DNA of 64,000 nt from Fimbriosthenelais zetlandica (taxonomy: Eukaryota), in assembly GCA_977030845.1 (NCBI GenBank), contig OZ365112.1:22630001-22694000 (forward strand). Direction: 5' to 3'. Below are positions 1 through 17,695 of the stretch, piece by piece. Below the pieces are notes generated by a model. That model saw nothing but the letters and a program-made list of their open reading frames with translations. It did not search any database and was not told the origin of the DNA. The position numbers and the translations under genes are program-made. Numbering within the stretch: the first letter of the stretch is position 1; the number at the start of each line of letters is the position of its first letter.

Positions 1-308
1 CACCACATGAAATTTTCCAGAATATTCTATCCTCAGTTTGTACATATAGAAACCTAAACTGTATTTAAGACGAGAAACGTAACATTCATTAATATGTTCC
101 ACTCAGATCGCTACATTGAATTTAACCAGAAATGAAGACATAAGGGCGGAAAACCAACGCGTATTGACCCGGTTTGTCATTGAGGCCATTCGTGTACCGT
201 AGGCGCCGAGACAGCTCGGTAAGCCTTGGGAAAACAAGAGGTGCGATCGGGCTGTTCAAGAATATTTCAGGCATAAAAGTGGAGAGCAAAGTCGTCTACT
301 TGACTTAC

Positions 309-430
309 CTTTGTAATTGTAGTGTAGTATCAGTATTAAGTTGTACTCTGCGGGTGTAGGATGGAGCTTTCAGGTCGATGTGTGTTGATGGTACTGAGAT
401 CGGGCTGCTAAAGGCCGGAATATAAAGCAA
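309..430 (-). other. Probable non-coding first exon of a gene transcribed divergently from MCM6 (rest lies outside the window)
   Basis: Strong minus-strand donor AAG|GTAAGT (intron starts 308 going left); ETS motif CCGGAAGT near 433 and CCAAT boxes near 481 and 541 upstream; no ORF in the exon. The 5' end is approximate. Confidence 0.45.
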
Positions 431-959
431 CACCGGAAGTTCTCAAACTCACCAGAACCTTCTGCAATACGTCATCACCGACCAATCAGAAAGCGCGACA
501 CATCAACCCACGGAACAGCCTCGCAAAGAAGTCGGCTGTCATTGGTTAGATGCGTATGAATGGGCCAGGTCACATGGACCAGCAGATTAGTCAAGCAGTT
601 CATGGAATTTTCTAGAAAGTAGTATGAATTTGCCTATTTTTTTTTTTTTAGTTTTCCATCTGTTTATATTTTATTAAATACGTATATGTTGAAATATCAT
701 TATTTAATCACTTTTGCCACTGTATAAAAAAAAAGCTAGGGCTGAACAGTTCATTTCCTGCCTAGAACATGCTGTCACTGTAGGCCAGGGCCGGAATCGT
801 TATAAAATAGATTTAGACACTGTTATCCTCAATAATTATTTATCTGCTCAAGATTATCAGAAAAGTATATGTATAAAACATACATTTGTCTTCCTTTGCA
901 CTGGTAAACATGAGAAATATATGGAAGGGGGGAGGCGTTTTAGAGGATGGAAGAGCCGT

Positions 960-992
960 GGCGGGAAATGTGATCACGTGGTCTTTCCCGCC
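960..992. promoter_or_regulatory. Inverted pair of E2F sites flanking an E-box, just upstream of the MCM6 ATG
   Basis: GGCGGGAAA at 960-968, CACGTG at 975-980, TTTCCCGCC at 984-992; ATG at 1043. MCM genes are established E2F targets. Confidence 0.75.
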
Positions 993-1042
993 ATCAACCC
1001 GGCCTTTGTCCATATGATAGACACCATAAACAAAAATCAAGC

Positions 1043-6122
<5,080 letters not shown>

Positions 6123-7459
6123 ACGAACAAAACTCCTAATAAAATAACTAGGGACTTAAGACGACTGGCATTTCACACCTTATAATCTTGAACAAATTAC
6201 CTGGGAAGTGCTAGAGTTAAGTAGCCCGAAAAAATATTTGTATTTTCTGTAAGAATTTGTATTTTCTGTAAGACTGTTAACGAACTTAATAGCAAATGCA
6301 AGCTAAGATCTGTGTATATTCATGATAAGTCGGGCTCATAAATTGGCCCCCTTTGTGCCTTAATGATCAGGTTCCATGTTTAGCAGTGGACTGGCGAATT
6401 TAAAAGGTGCTTGGGCCGAGAGGTACTGCTGGCTGTGTTCAAAATCTGTGTAAATATTGGTTTAGCCATGCAATAGGGCAACTCTTCGTTTTAACCTATT
6501 ATTTCGCATGGGACTATAGTAGGCCTAGTTGTGGTGTATTGAAAGATTATGCATATAAAGACATTTTTGATATCCATATTTGATATATATACATCTTGTA
6601 TAATTTTGATAATAAAACAAAGTACCGGTACTCTATTTTTTTTCAATATTGATTCGTGTTCTAAATTTATCTATAATTTTGCTCCTGGGCTGAGGCCTCT
6701 GCAGCTTTTTAGGCTTCTAAGACTAAGTTTTATTGACAGAGAGTGGTATCGGAAAAGATTGTTTGGCGGGCTGCTCTTGGCGCTTACATCGGACAAAAGG
6801 CGAACTAATACTAATAGCATCCCTCTTCCTTACCTCCACGACTGGAGAGTTCGTTTCCTGACCCAAACAAACCTGAAGCAAAGATAAGGATATCTGGGAA
6901 AAAAGAACCGGAATATTAAGTTAAGACTTTGGGTGAGACCTAAGGAAGGAAGGAGCAGTGTGCGGAGAAGTGAAATGTGGAGATAGGAACGATTTGTGGC
7001 GAGTAGTGGTCCAACAACCTAGTTGTGACCGCGGAGGTGGTTGTGCCAACTCTTCCCTTCACTCGCTTCAGGATGTGATTTCATCGTCATCATCCGCATC
7101 CCTCTCACCATCCTGGTCTCGTCTGTGGAGAAGGAAGAAGGGGAAAATTCGGCCACGGTAAACTTTTCTGCCTTTGTTCATTGTTTCTGACATCTTTCCT
7201 GGGAGAAAAAGTGTTATTAAAACGTCTGTTTATTTATGAAGGACTGGGCGATAATTGGGGTAGTGACTGAAGGTCTCTTGCTCAGTAGAGTAGGCAGTAG
7301 TAGCCCCCATGCCCATGGCATGAGTCAAAAATGATATTGGATACCGGGGTACATAATTTCTCGGAAGCCATACGACATGACTCCGAAATCAAAAAGTTAA
7401 GTTGAATTCTTCTTTCATTTTCAGGGTGTTGGGACGGTTAACCAGTGTTAACAACCAAT

Positions 7460-10400
7460 ATGTATGACATCCTACCTCTGAAACTCACAGCAATCCTTGT
7501 GATTCTATGTTATTTGAATCATCCTGGTGAGTGGACTTTATTAGTTTCTAAATTTTATTCATATTGTTCAATGAATATATGGAAATATTGCCTTTATATT
7601 TAAAAAGTTCAGTAGGCCTACCTACACCCAATTTAAGACTAAATAAATAAACATTAAAATCAAATAAGGGCTCTATACTATAGTATAGACCCGATGTCGT
7701 GATATGATGAATGGGATATTTTTATTTGCTAATTAAATAAATTAAACCTAGTCAGTTTACCAAAGCTTCATTCCTACAGTCCTAGGGCAACGACGATGTA
7801 GTAGGACAGAGAAGTCATGTCCAGGCGGCACATGTGTGAGGGTTTGGGAGAGTTGCCCTGATTGCCCCGATCATCGCCATGTACTTTGTCCTGATGGAAC
7901 GTGTGTTCTCATAGGAAAATCCTGTCGTAAGTTTCTTTTATTTATGATAGTTTAAGTTATGGTATATATTTAAGTGTTGCGGTAAGACTTAATTTGTAAA
8001 TGACACAAATTACCCTGCTGTATAGAATTAATTCTAATCTTAAACAAGAATAAGAAAACTTTAATTTGCATTAATACCGGTACTTTTTTCTGCTTCTATA
8101 ACCTGATTTATATTTAGACCTTAAGATTGAACATTTGTTTTGTACAGTGTTCAAAGGATGTTATATTGAAGAAAAGAAATGCCCCGATGGGCGATGCGTG
8201 CTGATAGATAAAAAATGCTGTAAGTTTCTAAGTTGCAGTACCTTATTCTGTGGCCATTGACATTTCACATGTTCAGGGGCAGGCATTGTTACCCCCTCCT
8301 CACTAACCTCTTCTCGCTAACCTCCTCCCGCACCTCTGCACTCCTCGCTTCACCTCTCACCTGCACACATCTCTTACCTTCTCGCGTCTTTAATAACCTC
8401 CACCCTCCCCATCATCTATCTTTTATTTTCTTGTAATTACTCATCTCGCTGTTTTTTTAATCATTCCCCATCTCGTTACCTCGTCTTTTCTTTTCCATAT
8501 CATTCAACAATTCTATATTATCTCAACTCATTCTTTTTTAATCAAAATTCTTACCTTATCAACCTTATTTAATCTGCCGAGTTACTTCTTCATTTGGGGG
8601 TTTGTGATAATGAGATATATATTCTCTCTAGTAGTGGTACCATCTTTGGTATAATTGTGTATTCAGTCAATATTTTAATAAAATAATTACTCTATGATTA
8701 TGACAAACTATCTATAATAATTATAGTCATTACGTTAAGATAATAATGGCTTTATGTATAAATATTATATTCATATAATCTGGACTTTCAGCCGATGGGT
8801 GCTTGTACAATGAAAAGAAATGTGACAGTGGTAATTGCGTGACCGGTGATCGTTTCTGCAGTAAGCATTGATCTTTATTTGCAATAATTAAAATTTCCCT
8901 CTCTTCGAATAGTCTTTAGTTATTGACTCCATGTTTGACTTTTCAGAGGAAGAGAAATGCCCTGATGACAAGAGTGAGAGGTGTGCTGATGGGGACTGTT
9001 TTACAGCTGAGGAGAGATGTAACGGTACTCCCTACTGTAAGGATGGAAGTGATGAATTAGACTGCTCATTTAGCTTAAACAGTAAGTCGTTAATTAATTA
9101 TAATTCTGCTCTCAGAATTTTTTGTTTTGTAGAGAATTATGTACGTATTTTTTATTGACTAATAATGATTGTCTTTTTTTTCAGAGATACTGGAGACACC
9201 TTGGCTGATAGTAATTATATCTGTGATCATCTTTGCTCTGTTCTGTCTAATCGTCGCTTTGTGTTGTCGCTATCGTCATAACGAAGAACGCCGTCGGCGA
9301 GAAAGAAGAGGTGAGACTTCTTTTCTCCTCTCTGATATCCTACCTCTATTGCCCAATATAATAATTTAAGGATTTGTTATCTGTTCATCAAGCTGATGAT
9401 TTATCAAGGCACCAGAGGACATGTAGTTCAAATTACATAATATTATGTTCTTTTCTGCTAACAGTCACCAGAAATCGACAGCAATATCCACAGAATTACG
9501 AGGAGATGCCAGTAGTAGCAGGCCGGAGGATGCAGCCACTCACTGCTCGTCAGCAGAGTACACCAGTACAGGACCCTCGCTCTCCCAGCTTTAGTTCTGT
9601 ACCCAGTCCTTACAACCCAGAATTGGTTCCCTTTATGATGCCCAATGCCTTCGCTTCCCCTATAGCTGCAAATCCATATCCGCAGCCAGCCGGTGCTACA
9701 CCTAGAGGTAAAGTTTTCATATTTATCTCTTTCAGAAGTTGTGTATTGTATTTCTTTTTAGAGTAACACAATTTTATTAGTTATCATCATTATATCAACT
9801 TGCAAAGATTTAAGATCAAAATTGATATTTATAATTTCATGATTGTTTTCTTATAATTATGTAAAGTCTGGTACCGTACTTGCCGGTGTATAACGCGCTC
9901 CGGACTATAACGCGCACCCCCCTACCTCTCAAGTAAAATCCATATATAGTGCGCACCGGTGTATAACGCGCAATTTGTATACCCGTTTCTCCCACCCCAG
10001 ACAGCGTCCTCCCAGACACAATAGCCATCTCAAGGCAACATAGCTTTTCTGTATGGACTAATTAGCCTCCCACTAATCCGTGGACATAGTCGGCTGCCTC
10101 CCACCATGCGTCCCTTTGAAGTCTGACAAGCATGGTCCCGCCGAACTTAGACCGAATTTGACAGTCACCATGTGAGAAAAATCCATATATAATGCGCTCC
10201 GGTGTATAACGCGCAGGCCCCGATTTTGGCCAATTACCAGGTCAAAAAGTTGCGCGTTATACACCGGCAAGTACGGTAATTACATTGTGAGCTTTTGCTT
10301 TACCTTACAGCTGAACCATCAGCACCTCCTCTTGGTCTAGAGCCGCACCTAGCACCCCCACCATATCATGAAGCTATGGCTGACAGTTACATAGAAGGAA

Positions 10401-10625
10401 CGCCTGGCCGAGATGTACCGGTAAGTAACGAAAGGTTGTGGTCATGGAATTAGCATGCAATTATTCCAGAAGGGAATATCATGATGAAGAGTTTTTACAT
10501 GGTAGATTTACGAAAACTTCAGCCATGTAACATTTTGAAATCTTTGCTTACAGTACCTACCTTCATATGAAACTGTGCAGAGAAGTGGACCTTCGGGACC
10601 TATCCCAGATTCCCAAAGATCTTAA
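7460..10625 (+). CDS. Type I membrane protein, LDLRAD3/4-like: signal peptide, Cys-rich repeats, one LDLa domain, TM helix, PY-motif tail
   Basis: Exons 7460-7526, 7780-7926, 8148-8219, 8792-8860, 8947-9082, 9185-9310, 9465-9707, 10311-10420, 10554-10625 with consistent phases. Signal MYDILPLKLTAILVILCYLNHPVLG; LDLa CPDDKSERCADGDCFTAEERCNGTPYCKDGSDELDC; TM WLIVIISVIIFALFCLIVALCC followed by RYRHNEERRRRERR; tail motifs APPPY and LPSY. Confidence 0.85.
8292..8560. repeat. Pyrimidine-rich low-complexity tract in an intron of the LDLa gene
   Basis: Plus strand is almost free of G (cctcctcactaacctcttctcgctaacctcctccc...), with degenerate ctaacctc/cacctc repeats. Confidence 0.6.
9872..10278. mobile_element. 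Intact non-autonomous Tc1/mariner-superfamily (pogo/Tigger-like) MITE, about 403 bp, with TA target duplication
   Basis: Perfect 25-bp TIRs CCGTACTTGCCGGTGTATAACGCGC (9874-9898) and its reverse complement (10252-10276); TA at 9872-9873 and 10277-10278; internal repeats of cggtgtataacgcgc and aaaatccatatata; no ORF. Confidence 0.92.
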
Positions 10626-12817
10626 TTTAAGTCCTGTTAGGACTATAGGTAAATTTGTTATTTCCTGAAGGCGTGCATAATTTTATGAAGTCTGTGAGTG
10701 GATGCTGCCTTGGGATATGTTTCCTTCGTGTGATAATCGCCACTTGAAATGTAAATCTGTAACAAATTTACTACCAGATTTACCTTAAACTTCAGTAAAG
10801 GGCGACAGTGATCTGGCTGCGAATTTTGACACTGAAGCGCGTGTTATGCCCTTGAAAAGGGCCATGATTTTAATTCAATTAAAAAAAATGTATTTCTTTT
10901 TGCTAAGGTTACATTTTACAGAGATACTTTGTTCGGTATTCTAGGGTATACATAAATTTTATACTTGTATGATTAACCGATAATATATTAACGGTGCTGT
11001 AGATGTGTCATGGAGATTTTACCTGATGAAATAATGTTATAAGTTTTGTGTATAAAAGAGACGAGATTTGGGTCTGTTTTAAACGATTATGTATGAAAGA
11101 AGGAAGGGAGTTTCCTCCCTATATTGGTCTCTGGGATTCCTATCTAAAATCCACGATTATACATATAATTGTAGATAGTTTATGATTAATAGTTTCCAGA
11201 TTGGGAAGTACGAATACTTTATCTGTATAGTCGGTTGGTTTACTACTAATCATGGCAATTATTGCTGATTTTATCATGGCTACAGCTGTTGTAACTAATT
11301 ACCTCAGTGATGTGAGATTTACTTTTGCTTCTACTTATACAAATACAATAACAAGTGTATTGGTTTGAGCGTAATAAGATGCTCCACGTGTGCCAAAAGT
11401 CCCATATTATATATTACCCAAAACTGGCTTCAAAATATGTTATAATAGCATAAGAATTAGTCTCAGATGCCATAGTATCGAAGTAAGGATGTAATTATTC
11501 CAATACGAAAAATAGTCGTGAGGGTTATGTCTAGTTTATATTAAAAATTAAGTGCAAACATATTCTGGAGAATGTATTGAAGCTGTCAAGAATAAGGTTG
11601 CCTCTATGGGATTGCTCATCCCACCAGACTTGTACCAGTGTATACAGGCACGATATTGTATATTTTAGTTTGTTTGTCTTTAGCAAGAAGCACCCATGTG
11701 CCTGATGGGACCAATTGTTATCTTTATATTTGTCTTCCATTCGTTAACACTGGAGGAAATGATCTTTTTACATAGGTAGGTGTTCTGAAAGGTTTGGGAG
11801 CAAATTTGGGTTGTGTACTGGACGGTTATGACAATGAATTGCAGAATAGAACGCATTGCTCCGTATCAAAGAATGCTACGTAGTATTTTATACTCTCAGT
11901 TCCAGTCTTCTGCCGATTCTGCAAACTTAAGTATGTTTCCAAGTGGAAATATTCTCTCTTCAAAGGTGCTACTTGAGCAGTTGACTAGCCGAAAGATCAA
12001 AGAAAACTCTTGATATTTTTGTTTATCTAATGAACAAACACTTTTCAGTACTGTTGTATTTTTAATACTTTAAAACCAAGTTGCAGATAAAATAGAGAAT
12101 TTTCAACCTTCTGCCTCAAACCTGTCCCAGTTATGTACGAGGTTGTGAGCTCTTTAGAAATCATTGATGCATATCAACTAGAGTTTTATTAGAAGATTCC
12201 CACAAAATTCTGTTGTTGGATGGATGAATGATTTTGTTATCAACGTGTATGGAGTTACAATTTGGGAAATGACCTTTATATATGAACGTTTATTATTATT
12301 TCGATATGTTGGATAGAATACCACTTTTACTGTTGAGAGATCTGAATCTACTTTTTTATTTGAAAAGGCGGTCGAGTATTGGTTAATCCTTGGTCATATT
12401 TTTTTTAGCCGAAGCTCTGTTTATCAATGCACATTTACGATATATCAGTCCTTTTCTGAACATCGGGTAACTAGTAATATTAAACATTCACTCCTCTAGG
12501 TTAATGCTTTTATGTCTAAAGTAGAATGTTTATGAATTTATTGAGAAACTTAGGTTAAGTTTTTTTATACATTGCCTCTTGTAATTCGTTTCACGAATGT
12601 GTATTTGCTCAATAATAAATAAGAAAATAGGTATGACGTTTATACTTGTCTTGACGAAGCAGAATTCACAAGATCAAATCTTCTTGTTTACAATAATAAT
12701 TTATTTCCACTCATTTGTCTGAGAAATATTCTCGACTAAGTATAACACCAACAACACTGTAAAAACTCGGGTACAAAACGCCCCAATCAATAACGTTACA
12801 GTCATCATCAAAAACAA

Positions 12818-15755
12818 TCATTTGCATGGCGAACTGGCAAGGTACTCTAGAATGTATTTCTCTGCGTTTGCTTTCTTTGACAAGCGGTTAGCTTTGCCTT
12901 GGTAACGTCCGTTTTTACCTGCCCCCTTTCCTTCAATAATTTCGGCCACTCTGGAAAGAAATATGAAAGGAATAAGTAAACATTTACAACATCGGGTAAT
13001 TATTTTGAAACTGAAATTAAATGTGTAAAAGGCAACTATAGCATCTATCCTTTGTAAACATGCAATTTGTGCTATTTTTGTAAGATGATATACTTATATA
13101 TATTATATACCACATACTTCGGTCCAACTGCTGCAACCACTTCCTCTTTTCCCACTAACATGAAAAGACCACTGCCTTTATCATCGCCCGTGCTTAGGAA
13201 AAGGAGGATTTCCTGGAATAATAGTTTGTGAATGTCAAAATATATCAACATAAACAAAATGTACGAGTTCCGAAATGAACGCTGTATATACTCACCTTGT
13301 TTCCTACTTCATTTGACAGAATATTCATAAATTCATTATCTCCTTCACGCCTGCAATCAGAAAAGTGTCTTGATAATTATAATAATGTTGGATCGTTGTA
13401 TGACAAACATGATTTATAAAGGTAATTGTAATATTTACCTATGGCAGAAAAAGTACTCTGGAGGTTTTGATAAGGCCTTGATTTGCTTTCCCTCTAACAC
13501 AGCCAAATCTCTCATCAAACTGGTCGCACTCTGAAATAAATTTAAGGTACTACATGTATACATATTCAGAGTTTTCCTGAGTTATATTGGGCAATTAATA
13601 GAAAGAGGAAGATTATACCTTTTGTGCCACTTTGTAAGAGTTCTGCAGTTTAGTTAGCAACTCAATGTGTTGGTCAGGACCTCCTCTGAAAATATCATTT
13701 CAAGATTTACTAGTACAATTAAACTATCATTAATAAACCCCAAATAGACCGATCAATATCAAAGTAGTTGATTAGGACTCAATTTCTTACTTCAACAGTC
13801 CAGTTATAGCCTTCTCCGTCTCGTAACATTTGCCAAGATATGACAAAACACGGTCACCAGCAACAAACACGAGATTACTTTTTCCCTTCTTTCCTTTCTC
13901 GACTGCTAATAACTTGATGGTCTAAAAGGAAAAAGAGATAAAGCGTTAGTTCATAAATCCATCCTTAGATTCTTCTCTGGTATGGTACAACCTAATTATA
14001 TGCAAGATAAGTTATCTTATCCCCGGTTAAAACTAACCTGAAGATGAGCTAAGTTAGAAACATGAGTTCCGCAACACATGTTCGATTCTACTGCTTCTAT
14101 CGTCACCACACGTACAGGTCCAACGTGGTCCTCTGGTAGGCCTCGAGTACGGACCTGATAATGAAGATGGGATTTTTAACAGCAAACTTGACATATATAC
14201 CTTCCATGACATATAGCCGCTACAAAGAGCTTTTTGATAACCAATATATTTTTATGAATATAAAAATTGAAAAATTATACTCACTTCCTGCAAAGCAGGG
14301 TCATGAACACTTTCATACAAGGTTGGATACATTTTGAGTCCTGCTCTGATCTTTTCATTTACCATCTGCTCTAACTGCACCATCTGCTCTATGCTTACTG
14401 ATGGAGTGTCCAACTCTATGAACGAGGTTTTCTCTCCGAGATTCCTAGAAAAATTATGATTGAATTATGTATATTTCGAGGGGATTGGGAAATGTAAAAG
14501 TACACGATCAACTACAGAACCTGGTATTTTGTTTATTGCACTCACCATGAAGTAGTTTTAAATCCATAATGTTCATCAGCAATAGCTGTAACTAGATGTT
14601 GACCTGCAATATAAAAGAGAAATGATTTAAAGTATATTGGAACTCAATGAAAATTATATTCATTTAATCGGGGGATAGTGTTAGCCACCTGAATGCTGTT
14701 GCATATGATCCCATCTTCTCGTCCAGTCAACCACCAGATCTACATCCTGATCAGGATCAAATGGTACAGGCACAAAATGAATTGCTGAGCCGCCTTTCCG
14801 GGATACTTGCAAGACATCGTGTCCATTTATCTAAAAAAAAATCAATCATTATACAAGGGACCAAACCTGTCCAACATGTAAGTTAATTTTAATTCATCTA
14901 CATTTTTCTTTAAGTACCGGTATGTATCACTTGGTATGTGGAAATTAAAGTACACATGTCGTGAGGCTGTACGTATTCAAGTAAAGTACATGTATTTTAA
15001 TAATTAAAGGATCAAACTCACAGTTCCCCGGTCATCTGGCTGGAATAATCGAAAACAAAATATGTTAATTTTCGGTTGGAATAATAATTTAGGCCTAAAT
15101 TTGTACGAAACAGCTCTGACGATGATGGAAATATGAAAAGTAAATGACATAATAAACATACCTGTCCTCCACCTTCTGGGAATATCACAGTGTCTTCAAG
15201 TGTCACAGCAAACACATTCAGTTTGGCCTTCTTTCCATTAACCACAGTTTTCAACTCAGTTGGTTCACATGACAGAACTTTCGTCTTAAGCTAGTGAGAA
15301 AATAAATAATGCACTAGCAGCACTAAATTGCCTAGGTAGCACTGAATAATTTATTAATAGGGCCTAATGGCATCTGTGGATAAAGATATAAAAGTTAATT
15401 AAATATCGGTCTAATCTAAAGCTCCATTCACTGATTCAGGGGTAGTACAAGTAAACTGACAGCCAAGATGAAGTGACAACAAACGAGTGAGAGGGACGGG
15501 AGCAAGCAAAAAATTTCAACCGAGACTGTGGGCTCCTTTCCCGGGGGCCTCGGTCGGGAGGTGACGGTCTCCTGGTCGGACATGGGCACTGGCTCGATTT
15601 CCGGGGTAATCTTAGAGTTACTTGTTGTTTTAATATACCAACACCTTGTTCTAGATAGTATTATTACTGTCCCAAAATATATTTAGACATATAATGATAT
15701 TTACCTCCTGTAAGTAACTATTTCTCTGACAAGCGAGAGCACCTGCCACCGCCAT
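12818..15755 (-). CDS. AARSD1: Alanyl-tRNA editing protein AARSD1 (AlaXp)
   Basis: Start MAVAGALACQRNSYLQE (15755-15705); LEDTVIFPEGGGQ|PDDRGT; zinc ligands WDHMQQHSGQHL and NMCCGTHVSNL; last exon VAEIIEGKGAGKNGRYQGKANRL, stop at 12820-12818; all introns GT-AG. Confidence 0.96.
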
Positions 15756-15769
15756 GTTGTTTTCCCGCC
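15751..15769. promoter_or_regulatory. E2F site abutting a YY1-like start context in the AARSD1/MBD5 divergent promoter
   Basis: TTTTCCCGCC at 15760-15769, next to AACATGGCGG (minus strand) containing the AARSD1 ATG. Confidence 0.55.
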
Positions 15770-17117
15770 ACTCTCGTCCATCTTCGTGAGATCTCGTCCT
15801 CCATGTGAATTCTGGGATGGTCTTCCCCGCGCATGCTCACTGGGCCGCAGCCATTTTCCAGGTTGAAATATGAAAAATAATAATATTTTTGCATTTACCA
15901 CTAATTATCCAGTGTAGATATTGCATTACATAGAAGAATGCAAGTCTTAGTCGGACTATAAGGCTTTGTTTTTCATTTTATGCCTCCTGGATTACCGTCT
16001 ATTCGCTAGATAAGAGCCTGCTGCCAACGATACAGAAGATCACAACACAGGTGTCTCGTCGGAACTCTTCCCCAGGACGCTTTGGCCCAGGTGATCCAAC
16101 TGCAAAATGTAGGTGTTTTTACAGCTATCTACTGACACTTTTTAGCAAAGCAGTAGTGTTTTCGCACTCCCAAAGGCTTTGGCTATTCAGAAAAATGGCA
16201 AATATTGGTATACTAGGCCTTGATTCGATGTTGAATTGATGATTTTGGGAAGGAGGCGGTGTTGTTGACACTTGTCTTTGACTGGGTTGCTGATAACTGG
16301 GGTTAAGATGAAGGATGCGTGTACATTTATTAGTGTTGTCAAATCATTTATTGTCTGAGAGAGTTCCAATAATCGCTTGTATGTGATAATTATTCTGTCC
16401 TGTACCTTTCTTTGTGTAAACAGCAAAAATATAATGATAAATATCGCTGAATAAGCATCAGATAGTTTGTGTTTTGGTTGCATTATGAGGTTGCACTGAG
16501 AGTTTGATTCCATCTGACAATCTGTCACATCATGTAAAATCAAACGCTTGGGGCGTGAAAATCATGATTTATTAACTCCTTATTAACAATGATGGCCTTT
16601 CTTGGACCTTGTTATATATCATTTATGTCAATCATTAAATTTTACAAGTGAAATTAAAATTAAATCGAGCATCAACTCGATATACTCTAGAATGTGTTGT
16701 GGAGTTGGTGCCTAGGCCTACTTACTCTGCCTATGCCCTGTGATATCTTGATTGACAGTGTATTGACTGCAGCCTTAATGAAACTGGAATCACTCTCACA
16801 GTAATATAATGCTCTAAATAGAAATAAATAGTAAATTAACTCCCATTTAGCATTAGGATTAATCATTAAGGTATCAGAATTAGATAGGCTACTAATATTA
16901 GATGTTTCATCTGTGTAACTAATATGAACATAACTGATGCTGTTTTGGGTTATGTAATGTCAATACACTCCCGAACATAAAAATATGTGCTACTGACACT
17001 GTCTAATTTACACACACTTGTCGTCGCCTACAGCCTGTTCATAATAAGTCGGTGTAGTAAATGTACATGTATATACTTTAATGTGGGATCACCTTATTTT
17101 GGACAGACTGTAGTACC

Positions 17118-17244
17118 ACCTAGTTCAGTATTGTGTATTGTCGACACCTAGTAGATGACTGTTGTGTATTGTCTACGCCTAGTAGATCACTAATATTGTG
17201 TATTGTCGACAACGACGCCTAGTAGATCACTACTGTGTATTGTA
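17118..17244. repeat. Degenerate minisatellite, about 33-bp unit, 3-4 copies
   Basis: Repeated ttgtgtattgtc(g/t)ac..cctagtagat(c/g)act in the presumed 5' intron of the MBD5-like gene. Confidence 0.8.
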
Positions 17245-17695
17245 GATATTCAAATGTGACATTATTATATAAATCATAAATGCGTTAGTCTATTAGCCAT
17301 TTGCCCTATTGTATTTCATTGACGAAATCTGTTTATCTAGTTACAGGTCAAATTTAAGTGTTTTATAATAATAAATGTGTATTGCATGATCCTCACGATT
17401 TAAATAAATTTGCCCACCACCCCGCCCCTTTAAGCTTTGTACTACTACTACTTTAGCTATCTGTCATTATTTAGCAATTGTATGTAATACCATCATTAAT
17501 TGGTCCCACCCGTTTCCCCTTGCAAGTGACAAGTGTGATAAAATATAATTTACCTGTTAAAATGAATGTTGTTACATGACTAAGATAGATTGTCTTATTG
17601 TGTTGTAGGTTTGCTGAGACACCTCCGAGTAAGCAGCAGATGAGTAGGGTGGGAAGTTGGCGACTGTTGGCTGGCATTGACTACTCCAGGATGTG

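Noticed and set aside
17118-17244. CRISPR-like repeat-spacer array
   Set aside because: Eukaryotic intronic minisatellite with degenerate units, no unique spacers and no cas genes.
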